Assembly: GCF_037042905.1 (NCBI RefSeq)
Contig: NC_087260.1
Coordinates: forward strand, 22,444,001 to 22,508,000
Source: Lytechinus pictus
Taxonomy: Eukaryota
DNA: 64,000 bases
Direction: 5' to 3'
A program made the position numbers and the translations under genes. Under the pieces are notes generated by a model. The model ran no database searches, was not told where the DNA came from, and saw nothing but the letters and a program-made list of their open reading frames with translations. Shown here piece by piece: positions 60,973 to 64,000 of the stretch. The first letter of the stretch is position 1; every line of letters begins with the position of its first letter.

Positions 60973-61047
60973 CTTGTCTTTTCTTGGGGGTATTGAAGCC
61001 TTTTTGTCCAGAACTTGCTCAACTTTTGCGGCAAATTTTGTCGCCAT
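60973..61047 (-). other. Candidate first exon of EARS2 with a 25-codon upstream ORF and a GC donor
   Basis: ATGGCG at 61047, MATKFAAKVEQVLDKKASIPPRKDK, then AAG|GCGAGT. The exon bearing the MTS ATG is preceded by acceptors, so an upstream exon is expected. Confidence 0.5.
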
Positions 61048-61078
61048 AGGGTTGTGCACATTCTCGTTTAATACTGGT

Positions 61079-61090
61079 TGTCACGTGACA
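61079..61090. promoter_or_regulatory. Perfect palindromic E-box TGTCACGTGACA (USF/MiT-TFE type)
   Basis: 12-bp palindrome ~30 nt upstream of the candidate EARS2 first-exon ATG. Confidence 0.55.
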
Positions 61091-62959
61091 CGGCAATGTC
61101 GTTAGGCTGTTTGGCCTGTATTCAAGGCGTTCTATCCGTTATGATTTTATATTGAATGAAGCAAATTCCATCAGGTATAGGCCCCTATCAAGTCAAAATC
61201 GATACAGGGATCGAGAGGGGGGGGGGGGGGTGGAGCCAAAAATTTCCCAGTCACATGGTATGAAAATGATATTTTTTATGATTGTCCACGATCATTAGGG
61301 CAAACCCGTGTGTGGCAGTACGGTAGCGTGATGAGTTAAAAAAAATAAAATAAAAGAAAGAAAGAGGGCCAATGTAGGCATACATGGCGCGTGGGAATAA
61401 AGTTGCTTTATATGTTCCAAGCGAGTGAAGCAAGCGAGAAAAAAACTTTTCGTGCAAATCTAAATTTGAGATAGATATCTTAACTTACACTTTTCCTTTT
61501 CTTTTCATTAATTCCCTTCATTTCTTTTTTATCTTGGTTGTAGAACTTTCGGGGGCCCCTGGGCCTAACCCTTCCATCGTGTACCCCCAGTGCAATATCA
61601 GCAGGTGGGTCTCGATAACTCTGGATATTTAGCAATTAGACCTATTTATAGAAAAACATAACGTTAATGTTTTGACCCCTTCCCCCCCAAAAAAGGAAAA
61701 ACAATTATAAACTAAGTTATATACATCCCCCTTTTCTCTTCCCTCCTTATTTTTTTTTAGGGGGGAGGGACCTTTTCGGGGGGCACCGCCCCTAGCTACG
61801 CGCCTACCAGATGAAGAGGCGAGCGAGCAAAACCTTTGTCACTTTTATTACAAATATCAATTTTGCAATAGATTTTGACATAACATTCGGAATTATTCTC
61901 GCATGCATTTTTCTTTCGTTTTGCTTTTTTATGGCCTTTTATTTCTCTTCCCTTTCTCTTTCTGTCTTTCTTTCTTTCTTTTCCTTCCTTCATTCCTTTT
62001 CTCTTATCCCGTTTTTTTTGGGTGAAATCCACTGGACCGGGGATCAAGGGCCAGCCTGCATGCCCCCGGCGGTTTACGCCTCTGCCGTGGATGTAGCTAT
62101 ATATACGCATGATCTTAATCTTCATTATGATTCAAACTATATAGAGGCGCATCCAAGATTTTCCAAATTAAGTAGGGGGGGGGGGGGGGCGGGGTGAATT
62201 TTCTCAAGTAAAATTTGACAACTCCCAAAAAAGGTTCTTACTAAAAAAAAAAACCGGTCATTATATTGTCTCGCGTAAAGTTTGACAAGTTAAAAAAAAA
62301 TGGTCACTCAAAATGAAAGTCATGTTGTCCGCGTAATATTCGGCAAGCCCCCCCCCACAAAAATAAGAAGAGGGAAAGTCATTTTGTCCATGTGATATTT
62401 GGCAACCCCCCCCCCCAAAAAAAAAAAAAAAAAAAAAAAAAAAGCTTTTAACTATAGCAATGATCGAAGGTCATTTTGTCTCGCGTAAAATTTGACAATT
62501 TTTTTATAAAGTTGTCACTAAAAAGAAGGTCATTTTTTCCACCATTGATTATATTTGGCAAGCCCCCAACCCCCACCCCCATAAAAAAGTTTGTCCCTAA
62601 AAGTGATGTATAGAAAGTCATATTGTTAATTTGTTCCCAGTAAAATTTTGAATTTGGCAATAAAAAAAAAAGGCCAAAAAGAGAAAAGAATATGAACGAA
62701 ATATCCCCATTACAAATAATGCTGTACGTGATTCTCATGAGGGGGGGGGGGGGGCACATAACTAGTATTAACAACATATTTAATTCCAAAATGTTTACTA
62801 TAAATCTCAAAAGGGGGAACGGGCAGAAATGCTCACCCCAACCCCCCCGCCACTGATTCCAATCAATAATGACTTTTCTCTGCAATACTAATGCTTTGAA
62901 ATCAAGATACTGAAGATTGATACGCTTAACATAAATTATGAACGTCTGACAAAAAGATA

Positions 62960-63078
62960 ACCAACCGATCACCTGACCGATCAGCTGACCAGTACGCGTA
63001 TCACTTCGGAGTTGATCACTCGTCGCAGGTGTGTGGAACGCTCACCGAAAATCAACAAAAAGGGCCTGAAATGTAAGT
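62960..63078 (+). other. Possible non-coding first exon of a divergently transcribed gene
   Basis: CpG-enriched patch ending in AAT|GTAAGT at ~63072; no downstream coding exon is visible in the window. Confidence 0.3.
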
Positions 63079-64000
63079 TTAACAATAATCCATTTTAATT
63101 TCAACTATTTTTAGAACTTACTCAATTAAATGCGACCAAATAAAAGTTATATCTTAACACTGCACCTTGTATTAATGCGTACATTTACCAAAGTCTTGGG
63201 TTGGAAATCAGAACAGCATTGTCCAACCCATAATTTGGGTAATGTCGCCTATGAGGTCCATACATGTTAATGTTTGGACCTCATTGGTACTAGGAGTGAT
63301 GCCAATGGCTAATTTATATTTTCAGCACAAGTCTTTAGACTTTACTTTGAATGACACGGATAAAGACATGTGGGACCGAGCCTGAGCCTGAGGTAAAATT
63401 AACCCACGGCCGCGGCCACGCCGGATCAAATTAGGCCTAGGTTTAGATCTATTAGTAAACTTGCCCTCTTATATTACCTTAAAAATCTGCCTTGGACAGA
63501 TTGTGCATCACAATTTAGGAAAATATGCTGCATTAATTCAAAGTTATCACCGTTTCCTCCGGATCTGATCTGACTGTACCGGTGTTTGGCAGACGGCACT
63601 CGACCTCGTTACGATACGCAATGCCCATGAATAAATGACGCAATAGCTGCATGAGCCATGACAGAAGAACGATTGGGGAGTTTTTGATGGAAACAAGTAA
63701 CGAAAATCAAGGATTGTAGACATTGAATCAAGTCACGACACAAACAAATGGTGAGAATATTAGTCAAAGTAGTTGTAGGATGTATGATTATGTTGAAAAA
63801 AATTACCAGTAGTCTACTATTAAAGTACTAACCTCTTCATTTCTGAAATTCTGCTACTGCTACTCTGCTCAGCTCACGTCAGGCGCAGGCTCGTCATGGT
63901 CATTGCGGCTGGTTCCGCGTGCACTAGGCGGCTGCACTCCCGGTAATTGTAAACTGCTTCTCGCACATGGCCAACCGCGTAGCCAGGATTTCATTTTGGA

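Overview
AT-rich, intron-containing animal genomic DNA, most consistent with a sea urchin (centrocin-like gene, echinoid-type SINE/MITE landscape; taxon is inferred), with four N-gaps. Four protein-coding genes were reconstructed by hand from splice sites and reading frames. (1) An intronless type I membrane protein with atypical Ig-like domains (+, 5369-6457). (2) A spliced 125-aa precursor that the ORF track shows only in part (-, 13689-11309), with the full architecture of a centrocin-type heterodimeric antimicrobial peptide: signal peptide, acidic pro-piece, Trp-leading cationic heavy chain with one Cys, interchain spacer, LKGAC light chain and amidation Gly. (3) A BOK-like Bcl-2 family gene (-, 38710/31119-21242) that appears to have two alternative N-termini joined at one internal acceptor. 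(4) Mitochondrial glutamyl-tRNA synthetase EARS2 (-, 13 coding exons, 59563-47670) with a candidate GC-donor upstream exon. The rest is dominated by non-autonomous DNA transposons (Tc1-, hAT-, Kolobok/piggyBac-, Harbinger-, EnSpm- and Academ-type termini), tRNA-derived SINEs, a fragment of an R4/Dong-like retroelement, and mini- and microsatellites.
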